A DNA stretch of 46,963 bases, the filler included, from Catajapyx aquilonaris (taxonomy: Eukaryota): the NCBI GenBank assembly GCA_000934665.2. It is 2 parts of 2 records of this genome, joined end to end, with 100 filler letters (N's around TTAATTAATTAA, not from the genome) between each part and the next. Parts side by side here need not be neighbours in the genome. Positions count along the whole stretch, not along the records: positions 1 to 23,456 come from JYFJ02005689.1; positions 23,557 to 46,963 come from JYFJ02005690.1. The stretch is one strand, 5' to 3'. This document shows positions 15,159-26,459 of the stretch, piece by piece (position 1 is the first letter of the stretch; each line of letters begins with the position of its first letter). The position numbers and the translations under genes were made by a program. The notes below the pieces were generated by a model. It was not told the DNA's origin and searched no databases. It saw only the letters and a program-made list of their open reading frames with translations.

Positions 15159-15587
15159 TTGTCCTTGCGATCCACTCCTTCTCCTGGCAGCATGTTCCTC
15201 CCCTTCAGCGTGTCCAGCAAGCAGACTGGACTCTGAGCAGGAGCCTGTGATTCCAGTGGAGGGCAGTCCGAGCAGCCCTCCTTTGGTGGTGGTGTGGGTA
15301 TCAGCTCCAGAGCCAGTGTTGTTGTTGGTCAGCAACACGTCCCTGGTGCAGCTGACGCTCCGTGCCCTCTCCCTGTGTAGGGGGTCTTCCGTACCGCCCC
15401 CCACCAAAGGCCTCTCCGATGTTCCCATGGTGTTTCCCGCCTCCAGGGCAGCCCTTCCGTTCCCTCCAGAGCTGCTGCTGCAACTCTCACTGCTGCCCGA
15501 ATTCCCCATGCTCCCACTAGGCTGTTGATGGTCCGAAGAAGACGACGATGTTTCAGAGTCCGAGTCCTGCTGTTGCTGCTGTTCCAT
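15159..15587 (-). CDS. CMIP: CMIP homologue, probable first coding exon (Gln/Ser/Gly-rich N-terminus)
   Basis: GC-rich ORF from ATG (MEQQQQQDSDSETSSSSS...) to RRRSGSQGQ, ending at a strong donor CAA|GTAAGA. Phase 0 matches exon 2. The frame stays open upstream to ~15689, so the start is not certain. Confidence 0.75.
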
Positions 15588-15949
15588 CCCGCGCGCGCCC
15601 TTCCTTCCCTGCCTCCCCTCCGTCCGTCCAGTCAACTGGGCCCTCCCAGCAGCACCAGGGGCCTCCCCTGCTCCTACATGCAACACCACCGTCCAAGCAC
15701 AGCTACCTGGCAGACAGCGGGGCTCCTGGCATCCTCACAGCTTTGCAACACACTACCACTCTACCGGGGTACGGACAATGCCCGCCTTGCACTTGCCCAC
15801 CTGTCTCTCACAGCCCACTCCACCTCACGCGCCCTACGCGACTGAAGCAACACTGAACAAGCACTGGTGCGAATTGCGCCAACCAGCTGGGGGTCCTGGG
15901 GGGAACACAACCAAGGCCAGAGGGAGACACCAGCCAAGCAGGCAGGCAT

Positions 15950-16440
15950 CTCATGTTATCGATGCGCAATGGAAATTCAAGCATCGATATGTGGATGCAA
16001 GCGACCCACAAGCGACCCCCATTGTGTGCCAAACTGAGCTCTACAGCTTTGTATGCCAGCTGCGGCCAGCTGTAAGCAGAAAGCAACGCCGTCACTTATT
16101 CTTTCTGATACGCATGTATTGTCCTAATTTGGTATATCTGCCTCTTCCGATATTTTGGTATGGTGATATCGATGCTTGATCATCGATGGGCAGCCTGTGG
16201 GTGGAGGGGATGGAGGGCTCAAAAACCAAAACACAGCTGAGTGCCCTTGCGTCCAATCAGGTCCAAGTCTCAGGGGGAGGGGAAGCAAAGGGGGTGGGTA
16301 AGCATCAGCCAGCTTAATAAAGCGTCACGGTTTCACAATTCACACTAGCTGCTACATCCAGACTGCGAAAATCGAAAGAGGTAAAAAGGGTAAATAGCTT
16401 GGTCACAGGCAAAGGTCACAGGCGCGTCACATGAACCCAC
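15950..16440 (-). promoter_or_regulatory. Putative CMIP promoter/5' region
   Basis: CpG-retaining segment upstream of exon 1 with several ATCGAT (DRE-core-like) sites (~15958, 15984, 16168, 16182), CCAAT at ~16253 and repeated GGTCACAGGC motifs at ~16401-16424. Confidence 0.35.
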
Positions 16441-18287
16441 AAGGCATTTGGATGTGTGTTGATAAGTGTTGAGGGGCAATGGGAAGGGAGAGGCAGGGTT
16501 TGGATTTCTGCCTTAGAATGCACAACCTGCTACCAACTCAGGCAGTCGTTAAAATGCAGTGGAATCAATCATGAGAAACCGTTCATTTGGATAGTTATGC
16601 CGGTTTTGAATACTAAAATGAAACTTTTAAAACACAATTGGAGTCAAAATATATTTATTTCTCCTTTTACATGCCCAAGTTATTTCACATACAGTACTAC
16701 TACTCACCATCTCATTATATGGGTATCAGCAATCCAATCAGATTACACATACACCTGCCCCTTTAACAAATGGGAAAGGAAAAACCATGCTGATTACACG
16801 AATAATTACTTGATAATCAAATCCCACTCTAATACATGACAGCTAATTTTTTTAAAATTTTCTTCTTCTTTTCCCCCAAAAAACTGAGCGAAATGAAGTT
16901 TTATATTCATAATCCACTACGGAAAAGTCATCATCATCGTTATTGTTGTTGCTTTAATACTATTATCATTTTGATCAGTGTTTCAACATGAAATCTTCTC
17001 AATATATTTCATTGACTCACTTTGGGGTTAAAGACAAGCTTGGAGGGGTAATATTGGCATATGATCTCACATGATCCAAATCAACAAATCCTGGTGGCCA
17101 GGACTAAAAATTGATACTCCTCATTAGTTGGTTTGTGTCATGTGACTGTCATGGGTGTCAATGTTACTTTGAAAAAGAGGATCCTCAACTGGACCATTGG
17201 CTCACTTCACACATCCCAAAGTTTTAATACTTATTGCTTGTAGCCTTAACTAATTCCAGCTACTGTATTAACTGCTTCACCTAACTGATGTAGGCTACAA
17301 ATCAATAGTAAACAGTAATAATAGTAATAATAATAATAATAATACAACAACAAATGGCACTAACTGATACTGTAAGTTTCAGTCTCGTAATAAACCCCAG
17401 TTCCTGCTTTCACATTATGATGCACATGGAGAAAAAAAATCACATCTCTGTCTGGAAGTCGGATAAGCCTTTCTCAATGGTGACGTCACAGGCAAAATGA
17501 TCTAGGATTCTAGGTTATCATCCCATATCCACTTTTTACTTGTAAGTTTGGGTTGTGTTGTAAGTTCAAGATGGCCCATTCTGAGGTCAGGTTGGAGGTC
17601 CATTGCTCAGGGGTCAAGGAAACTCTATTACATTTGGCCTCTACATTGGACATAAGTAACAAACACATTAGTTCTTGCAACGGTTGGCCTGGTTCTCTCA
17701 TCTTCCTCTTGCTTCCACCCCCCAAATAAACTTGCCATGCATGATTTTGTTACAGCAGGAACAGAGGTTTGGGCCACACACTACAAATAAAACCACCACG
17801 CTAATAATATACTCACATGAAGGCAACAACACTGAATTCATTCGTGTAACTAACGTGCAGATTCAAAAATGTAGTTCTCAGAAGTAATAAATGATAGTGT
17901 AACAGTTCTACTTCCAACGAAAACAAGTAAGCTACATCTTCCCAATAAATTCAGATTTCTGGTCTGCACCTAAATAAGATATTAAAAGCCTTGCCAAGTT
18001 TAAATACATGAGCCCTGTAGTCAACAATATCAAAGAAGCAGGTTCAAATAAGTTTTTCATCACTATTTCAGACTCTTCAGATGACATTTCTGTCTAGATA
18101 AAGTGCTGCCAGATTTATGCACATATACTGAATCCTGCATTGGAGAAACACCAACATCCATTTGATATGTGTTTAGCAATTGCATGTACGAGTAATTACC
18201 TAATATTATTGAAACTACCTGGCGTGAAAGTGTCCTAATGTAGTCCTCAGTCGTATCATGATCATCAATTTATCTAAATCCATCTCG

Positions 18288-18378
18288 TTAATTGTCAACC
18301 TTGGTACCAGCAGACCCCTGAGGCAGCTTCACTTCCTCTCTTCGGCCATCTGCCATTAGAGCCTCAATTTCTTCCACA
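18288..18378 (-). CDS. PEPD: Xaa-Pro dipeptidase (prolidase), terminal coding exon
   Basis: Acceptor ttttggcAG|T, then (S)VEEIEALMADGRREEVKLPQGSAGTKVDN*, matching the prolidase C-terminus VPRTVEEIEACMA. Completes the phase-2 codon from the previous exon; TAA at 18290-18288. Confidence 0.9.
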
Positions 18379-19261
18379 CTGCCAAAATAAAAAGTGTAAA
18401 TAACTACTTTTAAAAGTAGCCTGCATCAGAATGGAAAGTGGAGAAAGAAAAAAGGAGACACTTGTCAAGTATTGGGGGAAAAGGAGAAAGACAAAGAGGG
18501 TAAGGGAACACAAATGATAGGAGACAAGGTGAGAGAAAAACTTCATCCTATACATCATGGTGCCAAAATACTATAAGGCCCTCTATGAAATAGCCAGAAT
18601 TTAAATGTTTGGATAAAAACTACATTCGACTCCAGATATAAGAGCCTCTGTCATAAGCAAACCTCAAGCCAACTAGAAAAGATGGTTCCGGCATGTGCCT
18701 TTTTACTCCAGGTATAATTAACTCATTTTTCACTGCACCTCGGGTATATCCAACCATTTCTTGGCCCATTAGTGTGAAAATATGCTGCTTTCGATTACCT
18801 GGACACTTCAAAATGCTATTGCTACTCCAGCTCATCCAGCGAATAAATCAAAACGCTACGTCAAGTTTAGCTTGGCATGTGTTGTCCAGATGCTAAAGAA
18901 ACCATGGGAAAGAGTAACATGAACCATGATTGTCAGACCTTTCTGTCATTAAAATCTGCAATTATAGTCAGTCAGTGAGTCTGGTGAACAACATGATGAT
19001 GATCTTTCCCTTGCCCAGTGGGCAAAGAGGCATAGCATTTTTGAAATATTGAAGGTGCTTCCAAACTCAATGATTTTGAGAGAATGAACCAAGATCTCAT
19101 TGTAAAGTAGTTACCTACTTAAAGTGACATTGTAATGGGAGTGCAAAAGACAGATATATTTGTCAACAAGGAGACAGCCGAAGAAAATTACAGATTTTTT
19201 GGTCCTCTGTAATTTATGAGTTAATTTTGAATTTTTGTGGATAGTTTCATAAACCAGTATA

Positions 19262-19647
19262 CAGGGTGTTACCAGTAACTCTGGCAAAGATCACAGGGTC
19301 AGTAGAGGCCCCATAGGCAAGTATTTTGAGTTTAGGTACCCATGTCCGGAAATGCCCCCGTACGGCGGTACAGCCATTTCCACCTTTGGTGTTGCACCTG
19401 GAGGGTAGGCAACCCATCGTACTCGAAGCTTGCGTTGATCAGGTCTCCTCCACATGCAACACATCTGATGAACACAAGCTTCGAGTACGATGGGTTGCCT
19501 ACCCACCAGGTGCAAAATACCAAAGGTGGAAATGGCCGTACCCCCGTACGAGGGCATTTCCGGCCATGGGTACCTAAACTCAAAATACTTGCCTATGGGG
19601 CCTCGACCGACCCTGTGATTTTTGTCAGAGTTACCGGTAACACCCTG
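19262..19647. mobile_element. Fully palindromic Tc1/mariner-type MITE in the last PEPD intron
   Basis: TA|CAGGGTGTTACC...GGTAACACCCTG|TA; ~180-bp arms mirrored with few mismatches around a short spacer. Confidence 0.9.
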
Positions 19648-20131
19648 TATATATAGTACTATGCATTTAAGGCATGTGGCAGACAGGAAACTTTTGTGCT
19701 TGTTGCAAAAGTGGCGATTAGGACAGAAAACCTCATTTATAGGATGCTGATTTTCAGTCTCACGAAGTTTATGTCTGGAGTCGACCGTATACTATATGTT
19801 TATTGTGATGTTTATACCAAAGGAAAAGCCTAAATATATAATCCATACATAATCAAAAACCTAAGCAGACAGAAAAACATCATTTGTTGTGTACATGAAT
19901 AAATAACACGTGTAACACAAAAGTAGTACATAAATTCATTAGTTAGAAGCTCTTCATAATGAGCCAGGCCTGAATTGATTCTGGGTATGGAGGAGGTAAA
20001 TCAACACTTACAAGCTGTACTGCTTTGTCAATGTAGGGTATAATGACCAAATCCCTAGTGCAAGAGGTGGGCATGGAAGGAGTTGTGGGTTTTGTACTTC
20101 CTACATTCCCTGTAATCAGCATTCCCCTTAC

Positions 20132-20283
20132 CTTCTGGGAACAATGGTAAGTAGCTCTGCTCCATCATCAGTGACGGCCACATCATCCTCAATCCTTACC
20201 CCTCCAAATTCACGAAAGCGTTCAATGGCCTCAGGGACCAAGAACTGGCTCCGGACAGGATCAGCTATGGCCTCATCCAACAG
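20132..20283 (-). CDS. PEPD: Xaa-Pro dipeptidase (prolidase), penultimate exon
   Basis: Encodes [50 protein letters not shown], containing the M24B metal-binding GGVRIEDD motif. Acceptor ttaacAG|CTG, donor AG|GTaagg. Not in the ORF track because it is short. Confidence 0.95.
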
Positions 20284-20597
20284 CTGTTAAAACAAAAATC
20301 CAAGAGTTAAACCTTTCTGTACCAGATTTGCACTTCTGTGCTCAAAATTGTTATTTAAAAAACAATTTCATTCATTTAGACAAAAATATACAATCACCCA
20401 CTAGATAGACAATCATATATTAATTATATAACGCACTAGATTGTGCTGACTCCAGGGTCCATTACAAGAAAGTTTCACTCTTTCAAAATTCAGTTTGCAA
20501 ACCACGTATCTTACGAAACATTTTAAATGTGCATTAAGTACAACGCTGAATTCAGAGACGCGTGTGTGAATATTAAAAATTGGAAATATAACTTACT

Positions 20598-21671
20598 TTA
20601 AAATTGATATTAACCCTTTGCTGCCTACGGCCATCATATGATTTCCGAGCTTTCATTGCTGGAGGGCCTACGGACATCATATGATGTCCGAAGATTTGCC
20701 CTGCCAACTTGGGTCATTTTTCAAAGCAAAAAAATTCAACCTCACCGATTTTCTTGAAATTCGGTGCATTGGTAGCCCACCCCAAGGGATGAAAAACGCA
20801 CCTATAGTGACCTGATAAAAGTGACCCTGTGACCCAATTTTGAGGGGGGCAGAGGTCAAATCATAAAATTCCAACCTCGCCGATTTTCTTCAAATTCGGT
20901 GCATTAGTAGCCCACACCAAGGGATGACAAACCCACCTACAGTTCCCTGCTCGACATGACCCTGTGACCCATATTGGAGGGGACATATGTCAATGCGCCG
21001 ATTTTCAAGAAAATTTGTGACTGGCACTTGCAAAGTTTCCCTTGTGATTCACTAAGGCGGGTAGTACGTGTACGCAAAAAATGTAAGTGTGTAACCCCCG
21101 AATTTCAAGAAAATCGGTGAGGTAGGAATTTGACCTCTGCCCTCCTCAGAATTAGGTCACGAGGTCATTTAGATCAGGTAACTATAGGTGCGTTTTTCAT
21201 CACTTGGTGTGGGCTACCAATGCACCGAATTTCAAGAAAATAAGTGAGGTCGAAATTTTATGATTTGACCTCTGCCCCCCTCAAAATTGGGTCACGAGAT
21301 CATTTTTATCAGGTAACTATAGGTGCGTTTTTCATCCCTTGGTGTGGGCTACCAATGCACCGAATTTGAAGAAAATCGGCGAGGTCATAAAATTTCCGGA
21401 AAAGGGGGAAAAAAACTCAGGCCCTGGGGTAATGCAAGCCTTCAAAAACTCCGTCATCAAAGGGTTAAGGAGGTTGGCCCAGCATTGCCTTTCAACCTCC
21501 AAGGATAGGGAAGGAAGGAAGCGGCTGTGGCCTATTATACGGAAGCGACCCCGGAATTATCCTAGAAAGACCGTGGAAAACCACAGTCAAGGTTGCCGGC
21601 CCCGGGATTCGAACCCAGGACCTTCCGATTAGCAGTCGGACGCCCTATCCACTATGCCAACCTGCTTCAGT
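20598..21671 (-). mobile_element. tRNA-derived SINE (family B) interrupted near its 3' end by a piggyBac-like MITE
   Basis: Head on minus strand with A-box TGGCATAGTGG and B-box GGTTCGAATCC, then core GGTTTTCC...TAGGCCACAGCCGCTTCCTTCC. 14-bp TSD AAATATAACTTACT at 20584-20597 and 21672-21685. Related copy at 40499-40792. Confidence 0.85.
20614..21464. mobile_element. piggyBac-like non-autonomous element with mirrored ~125-bp internal repeats
   Basis: TTAA|CCCTTTG...CAAAGGG|TTAA; tandem units (GATTTTCTTGAAATTCGGTGCATTGGTAGCCCAC...) in the left half and reverse-complement units in the right half. Confidence 0.8.
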
Positions 21672-21992
21672 AAATATAACTTACTGATTTTTTCTGGCAA
21701 AACCCTTGCAACATAATTATGTTACAACACAATGTTACAACACAAAATTATTACCAGCTCAGAATGATGTAAATAATGCAATAAATCATGTGTGGTAAAA
21801 CTTTCCAGTAACATACTGTACCATGGACCAGTCCCAAAGGAGAATTTTTTGTGTGTTTTGTTGTAACCTGAATATTCGTCATTTCCATTGCCATTATAAA
21901 GTAACTAAAGCATAGCAAGACCCAAGCTTCAGTGGTCACGTTTAATAAAGAAAATTGCAAATATGTGGGTTGTTTTATAAGTCATTGTACAC

Positions 21993-22165
21993 GCGTTACC
22001 TGGCAACTGGTCGTGTTCGGACATCGTCATGTGGAGAGTGCTTAGCGTTCTTTCTGTCGTTGCCACTGTTTTCAATCGCTACCTGTAAACAGTGGCAACG
22101 ACAGAAAGAACGCTAAGCACTCTCCACATGACGATGTCCGAACACGACCAGTTGCCAGGTAACGC
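21993..22165. repeat. Perfect 79-bp inverted repeat with 15-nt loop
   Basis: 21993-22071 is the exact reverse complement of 22087-22165 by direct comparison. Confidence 0.95.
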
Positions 22166-22217
22166 CAAAGTCGTTGTTTACACTTGTTATATGCTATTGT
22201 GTCCAGCACTGTACATA

Positions 22218-22839
22218 CAGGACCGGATTTAGGCCTTGGGGGCCCCAGGGCGATCTTGGTTAGGAGGGCCCCTTGAACGTAAAATTTTAAAAAAAATACA
22301 GCAAGAAGGCAGGCGCGTAGGCAGAAAAATTTCGGGTGGGGGCCCATTTCATAAGCACTGGGTGAACAAGCGGCAATGGGTGGGGAGGAAGCCCGCCGCA
22401 GGCACAATTTTTGGGGGGTTCAAGGTCACACGAGCTTGGGTGAATGTGGGAGATTTCAATGGGTGTGTATTTGATGAAATTGATAGCACTTTTTCCAAAA
22501 AAATCATGAATTAATAATTTCTAATGCTATTTCAAACATTTCGTGGGGGAGGGGGGACCCGCCTGGGCCCCCCTCCCCCCTGCATACGCCACTAAGGATA
22601 ATTCACTGCCATGGGAAAGCGGGTAGTGCTCCCCACACTACTTTGACTCCCTTTTCCAAGGAGGAATTGCTTACTATTAAGCATTTAAGCCTGGAGCTGG
22701 AGGTTTCTCAGTATCGTCACAAGTAGCTAATTTTTAATTTTTAATAATAAAATAAAATATTTTAAACTTTTGGGGGGGCCCCCTTAGAAGGGGGGCCCGG
22801 GGCGATCGCATCCTGCGCACCCCTATAAATCCGGCACTA
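22218..22839. mobile_element. hAT-type MITE
   Basis: Termini CAGGACCGGATTTA...TAAATCCGGCACTA, GGGCCC-rich subterminal motifs, 8-bp TSD TGTACATA / TGTGCATA. Confidence 0.8.
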
Positions 22840-22954
22840 TGTGCATATGTTTTAATTCAAAAATGGTAACACATACAGAGATGAACTTTGTTGAGTTTTG
22901 AAGCTCCGGCGATTACAATTTGATCTGGCATATATATGTCGCCCATATCGCAGG

Positions 22955-23452
22955 GGGGACAGGGAAACAAAAGGGGATAGTGACCCTCGCACCACACGTT
23001 CGCCCTAAGACAAGTCCAGCCTGACACGCTTGGAGTTGTTGGACACTGCATGCTGGACACTCGGCGATGGACAACACAGGAGCTTGCTTTCGAGTGTGGG
23101 ACAAGTCAGAGCACCATGCTTAGGACTCTGAAAGACTGAAAGGTCTCAGGAAGTTGGCATCCTCACTGGTTCCTCACCATCTCTTTGAGGTGGAAAAGAG
23201 CCACCATTTTGCCTTCGCTTGTAACTCGATTGCATTGAGGGCAATTTCAGACGGTTTGTGGATATGGATGACACATGGCTCTGGTCATAGTTCTCTGACT
23301 TGTCCCACACTCGCAAGCAAGCTCCAGTGTTGTCCATCTCCGAGTGCCTCACATGCAATGTCGAACAGCTCCAAGCACATCAGGCTGGAGCCGTCTTTGG
23401 GCGATGGTGTGGTGCGGGGATCACGATCCCCTTTTGTTTCCCTGCCTCTCGT
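22955..23452. mobile_element. Diverged palindromic element, cut by the gap
   Basis: ~160-bp arms: CAGGGAAACAAAAGGGGAT...GAGTGTGGGACAAGTCAGAG mirrored by CTCTGACTTGTCCCACACTC...ATCCCCTTTTGTTTCCCTG. Confidence 0.75.
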
Positions 23453-23456
23453 GTGA

Positions 23457-23556
23457 NNNNNNNNNNNNNNNNNNNNNNNNNNNNNNNNNNNNNNNNNNNN
23501 TTAATTAATTAANNNNNNNNNNNNNNNNNNNNNNNNNNNNNNNNNNNNNNNNNNNN
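23457..23556. other. Assembly gap with artificial six-frame-stop linker
   Basis: Exactly 44 N + TTAATTAATTAA (23501-23512) + 44 N = 100 positions. Confidence 0.95.
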
Positions 23557-23752
23557 TGCATAATTCATGATTTTCGGTTGTGCCACTGTATTCCCCATCC
23601 CAAGAAACCTCTAGATCCCAAAAATCTCGCCGATAGCACTAATGATAGCTTCCTCAGGGCCTTCGTAAAGTGGTCCATTCTTGACCTTTTGACCCCTGTA
23701 TCTCGACAACGCTTGAGATCGAGGATTTCTCCAGAAGGGTGTTGTACTATCA

Positions 23753-23860
23753 GTCCAACAAGAATTGTCGCAGCGGCAGCGCACGAACTACAATCTACGA
23801 GCACAGGTATACGAGAGACTGTAGTTCGTGCGCTGCCGCTTGCGACAATTCTTGTTGGAC
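23753..23860. repeat. Short hairpin / mini-MITE
   Basis: GTCCAACAAGAATTGTCGCAGCGGCAGCGCACGAACTACA mirrored by TGTAGTTCGTGCGCTGCCGCTTGCGACAATTCTTGTTGGAC. Confidence 0.8.
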
Positions 23861-24132
23861 ACCAGGTACTTTTAGCTGATAAGGAACCCGAAAAAAATAT
23901 TTCACCTTGAACTTCGAGTGACACTTCGAGAGGTTCCCATGTCAGTTATCTCCATGGAATATCCTTGAATGTTTTGAAGTAAGGTCACACATTTACTGTT
24001 CCAAGTTTACCTGATTAATAGTTGGCAATGTCAGTATACAGTGTTGTTAGCTGCCATGATCAGTTAAGAGCATTTGCATGGTTACAAGTAAAATGTGATG
24101 TCATTACCAAAGAGTTCTGCTATTATATAATA

Positions 24133-26213
24133 CTAGCAGGATACCCGGCGTTGCTCGGGTTATGAAATACTTTTCCATATGAGTGACTCATTGATTTGGT
24201 AGTTACCTTTGCAATAATTAAGGCTATACAAATACAATGTTGGCATACCAGTAACATGGAGCATATTGCATGTGCATGAAGTCCAAACAACACACTACGG
24301 ATGTCAGATTGGAAGAAAATAGAAATACACAATACACCCCCAAATCCAGCAAAAGTATGTAATGAAAAATTATTGTATAGGTTGTGCAGTAAATGTAGAA
24401 GAAAATGTAGAATGTAGAAGCTCCAGCATGGCAGAGCTTACAATCTGACATCCATTGTGTGTTTTTTGGACTTGATGCACATGCAAGATGTCATCTCTTG
24501 GTCCCGTAAGGCCTACATTACTCATGTGACAGGGAAGGAGCAGTCTTAGGGGAATGTTGGGACGTGTATGTCTGTATTCACTTGTGCTTTTCACCTGTTG
24601 ATATTGTTTTTCTTGCTGTTTTTGTGCTTTGTGTCCTTGGGACGTTTCGTCTTTGTACTGAAATGCTTTTGTCAATTAATAAACATTTTGGTATGGCCAA
24701 TTACGTTCATAATATATTGCATAGATGAAGCGTGTTGTCTCGAAGCTTCACTGAACACAATATCCCTCTTATTACCATTCTCCTGACCACTCATGATGAC
24801 AGCAATCTCATTGCAAGAAGGTTGATTGAATCGACCACGATGCTCGCCTTGTGGTCGCTTGTCTGCATCGATGACCAAGTCAAATTCCAGAGGAGGAGGT
24901 CTCTCAAGTGCAAGTTTGAAGCATTTGACGCAAACGTGTGAGTGGAATGGATCATCTGAAGTTGCAGTATGATGTCGAGGCGTGAGCCGTTTAAGTAGGT
25001 GCAACGGTATTCCGCCTGCTGTTGCATGTTCCCCACGAAGTAAAGTTGCAGAAACCGAGGACTCTGATTTTCTGAAGGAAGGAGTGATCCCATGCGATGG
25101 TAAATTTGCCCTTGCACTTTGAATGTAGGCATGAAGCCCCCTTCTCTAACAACGTTGGCCCCAAAAGACGTCATCTGGAAGGTCGAGTTGTAATTTCTTA
25201 TGGTCCTCACAGGAAATGTTTTGAATCAGGTGATGTGCCTATAAGAGGAGCATTTTAAGTAGCTGTGGAGGCTCAGCCAGTAGAGGAAGGCTAACCTTTC
25301 CAATGGAGCAACAGATCGTTTTTGTTTCACCCTTCCACTTCTTTGCCTGACAATGGTGGCATACCTCTGACATAGATCCAATTGCAACAACATCGACAGA
25401 AGAATAGTCCATGTCTGCTGAGTAGTGGAAAGTAGTGGAAAGCGGACAAAAAGCACATGACACAGTACGTAGAGGAAAAGGCATGGCAGAAAAAGTACGC
25501 CAAGAAAATCCCGACAGGCTGCCTGAACAAACAACCCAAAACCGCTATTCTTACATACAGCGCATTTGTACCACCAGCTCGAACCCTAGGCCTGCCCCGA
25601 GGCCGTAGCTGGACCGTGCCACCGTGTCTAGGATAAACATGGAATAAGATACCAGGATAGCAAGATATGGAACTCTTTGAATATTGTGAACAAAACGTGA
25701 TCATCACCCAATTACACCAATAGTCTCGTAACCAAGGCAACAGTGTGTTAAATTCTAAATTGGAACAATAAAGTATGCAGCCAATGTGAGTACAAAACAC
25801 TGACCGAAGTACAGCCACCACGTAGAGATGTAATGACACTGATGCGCTGGAGGAGGTGGCAGGGGGGGAAGGGGAAGGGAGGAGAGAGAGAGGGGGAGAG
25901 GGAGGGGGGAGAGAGTGGAGAGAGAGAGAGTGAGTGAGAGAGAAGGGCCGTATCCAGGGCAACTGAGGAAAGATGGTTTATAACAAAATGCGGATTATTA
26001 GAACAGGATGCCAACTTCCCGAAGTCCTTTCGGCCTCCTGTGGCCAAGGATGACCTCGGAGGTCAATTCCAATGTGCTTATGACATTCCCAGTAAAAAAC
26101 TACCCCTAATGATACTCCTGGGGCATATGTCGGGGCGTCCGTATGGATTTGCATAGCGAATAAGAGGAAAGACAGACAGAGAGACAGACATACGTCGAGA
26201 AATATGTCTTAGA
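24133..26213 (-). mobile_element. Internally deleted Helitron
   Basis: Minus strand 5' A|TC start followed by a (TCTG)n tract; 3' hairpin ACCCGAGCAACGCCGGGT then CTAG|T; no TSD; carries RepHel remnants. Confidence 0.88.
24745..25412 (-). pseudogene. Frameshifted N-terminal fragment of Helitron Rep/helicase
   Basis: Pieces in three frames: IGSMSEVCHHCQAKKWKGETKTICCSIGKVSLP; IRNYNSTFQMTSFGA...FMPTFKVQGQIYHRMGSLLP...PRFLQLYFVG; LVIDADKRPQGEHRGRFNQPSCNEIAVIM...RDIV. These are characteristic RepHel N-terminal motifs; no Rep catalytic or Pif1 helicase part is present. Confidence 0.9.
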
Positions 26214-26459
26214 TAAATAATAATACCTAGAGGAGGTACTCCCTATCCTTTTCCATTAGACAGGCTGAGGAAGCCGTCATCTTGTTGGAGGTAATATTGT
26301 TGTTCTAACAGTTGTCTAACAACTGGGACAACAACCAATAATGACAACTGGGCGACAATTAGTTCAATAATGTCAGGCGTCCGCCATCTTGTTGGAGGTA
26401 ATATTGTTGCCTGCATTGTTGCCTGCCTCACATTTCAGCCCGAGGGCCTCCTCTTATAT

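Noticed and set aside
15118..16179. Plus-strand ORFs overlapping CMIP exon 1
   Set aside because: Expected shadow ORFs in GC-rich coding and promoter DNA.
19291..19656. Overlapping sense and antisense ORFs with near-identical peptides (also 31908/32648, 34642/35691, 34718/35591)
   Set aside because: By-products of palindromic repeats, not genes.
23501..23512. TTAATTAATTAA as a biological motif
   Set aside because: Centred exactly in 88 Ns and gives stops in all six frames; an assembly linker.
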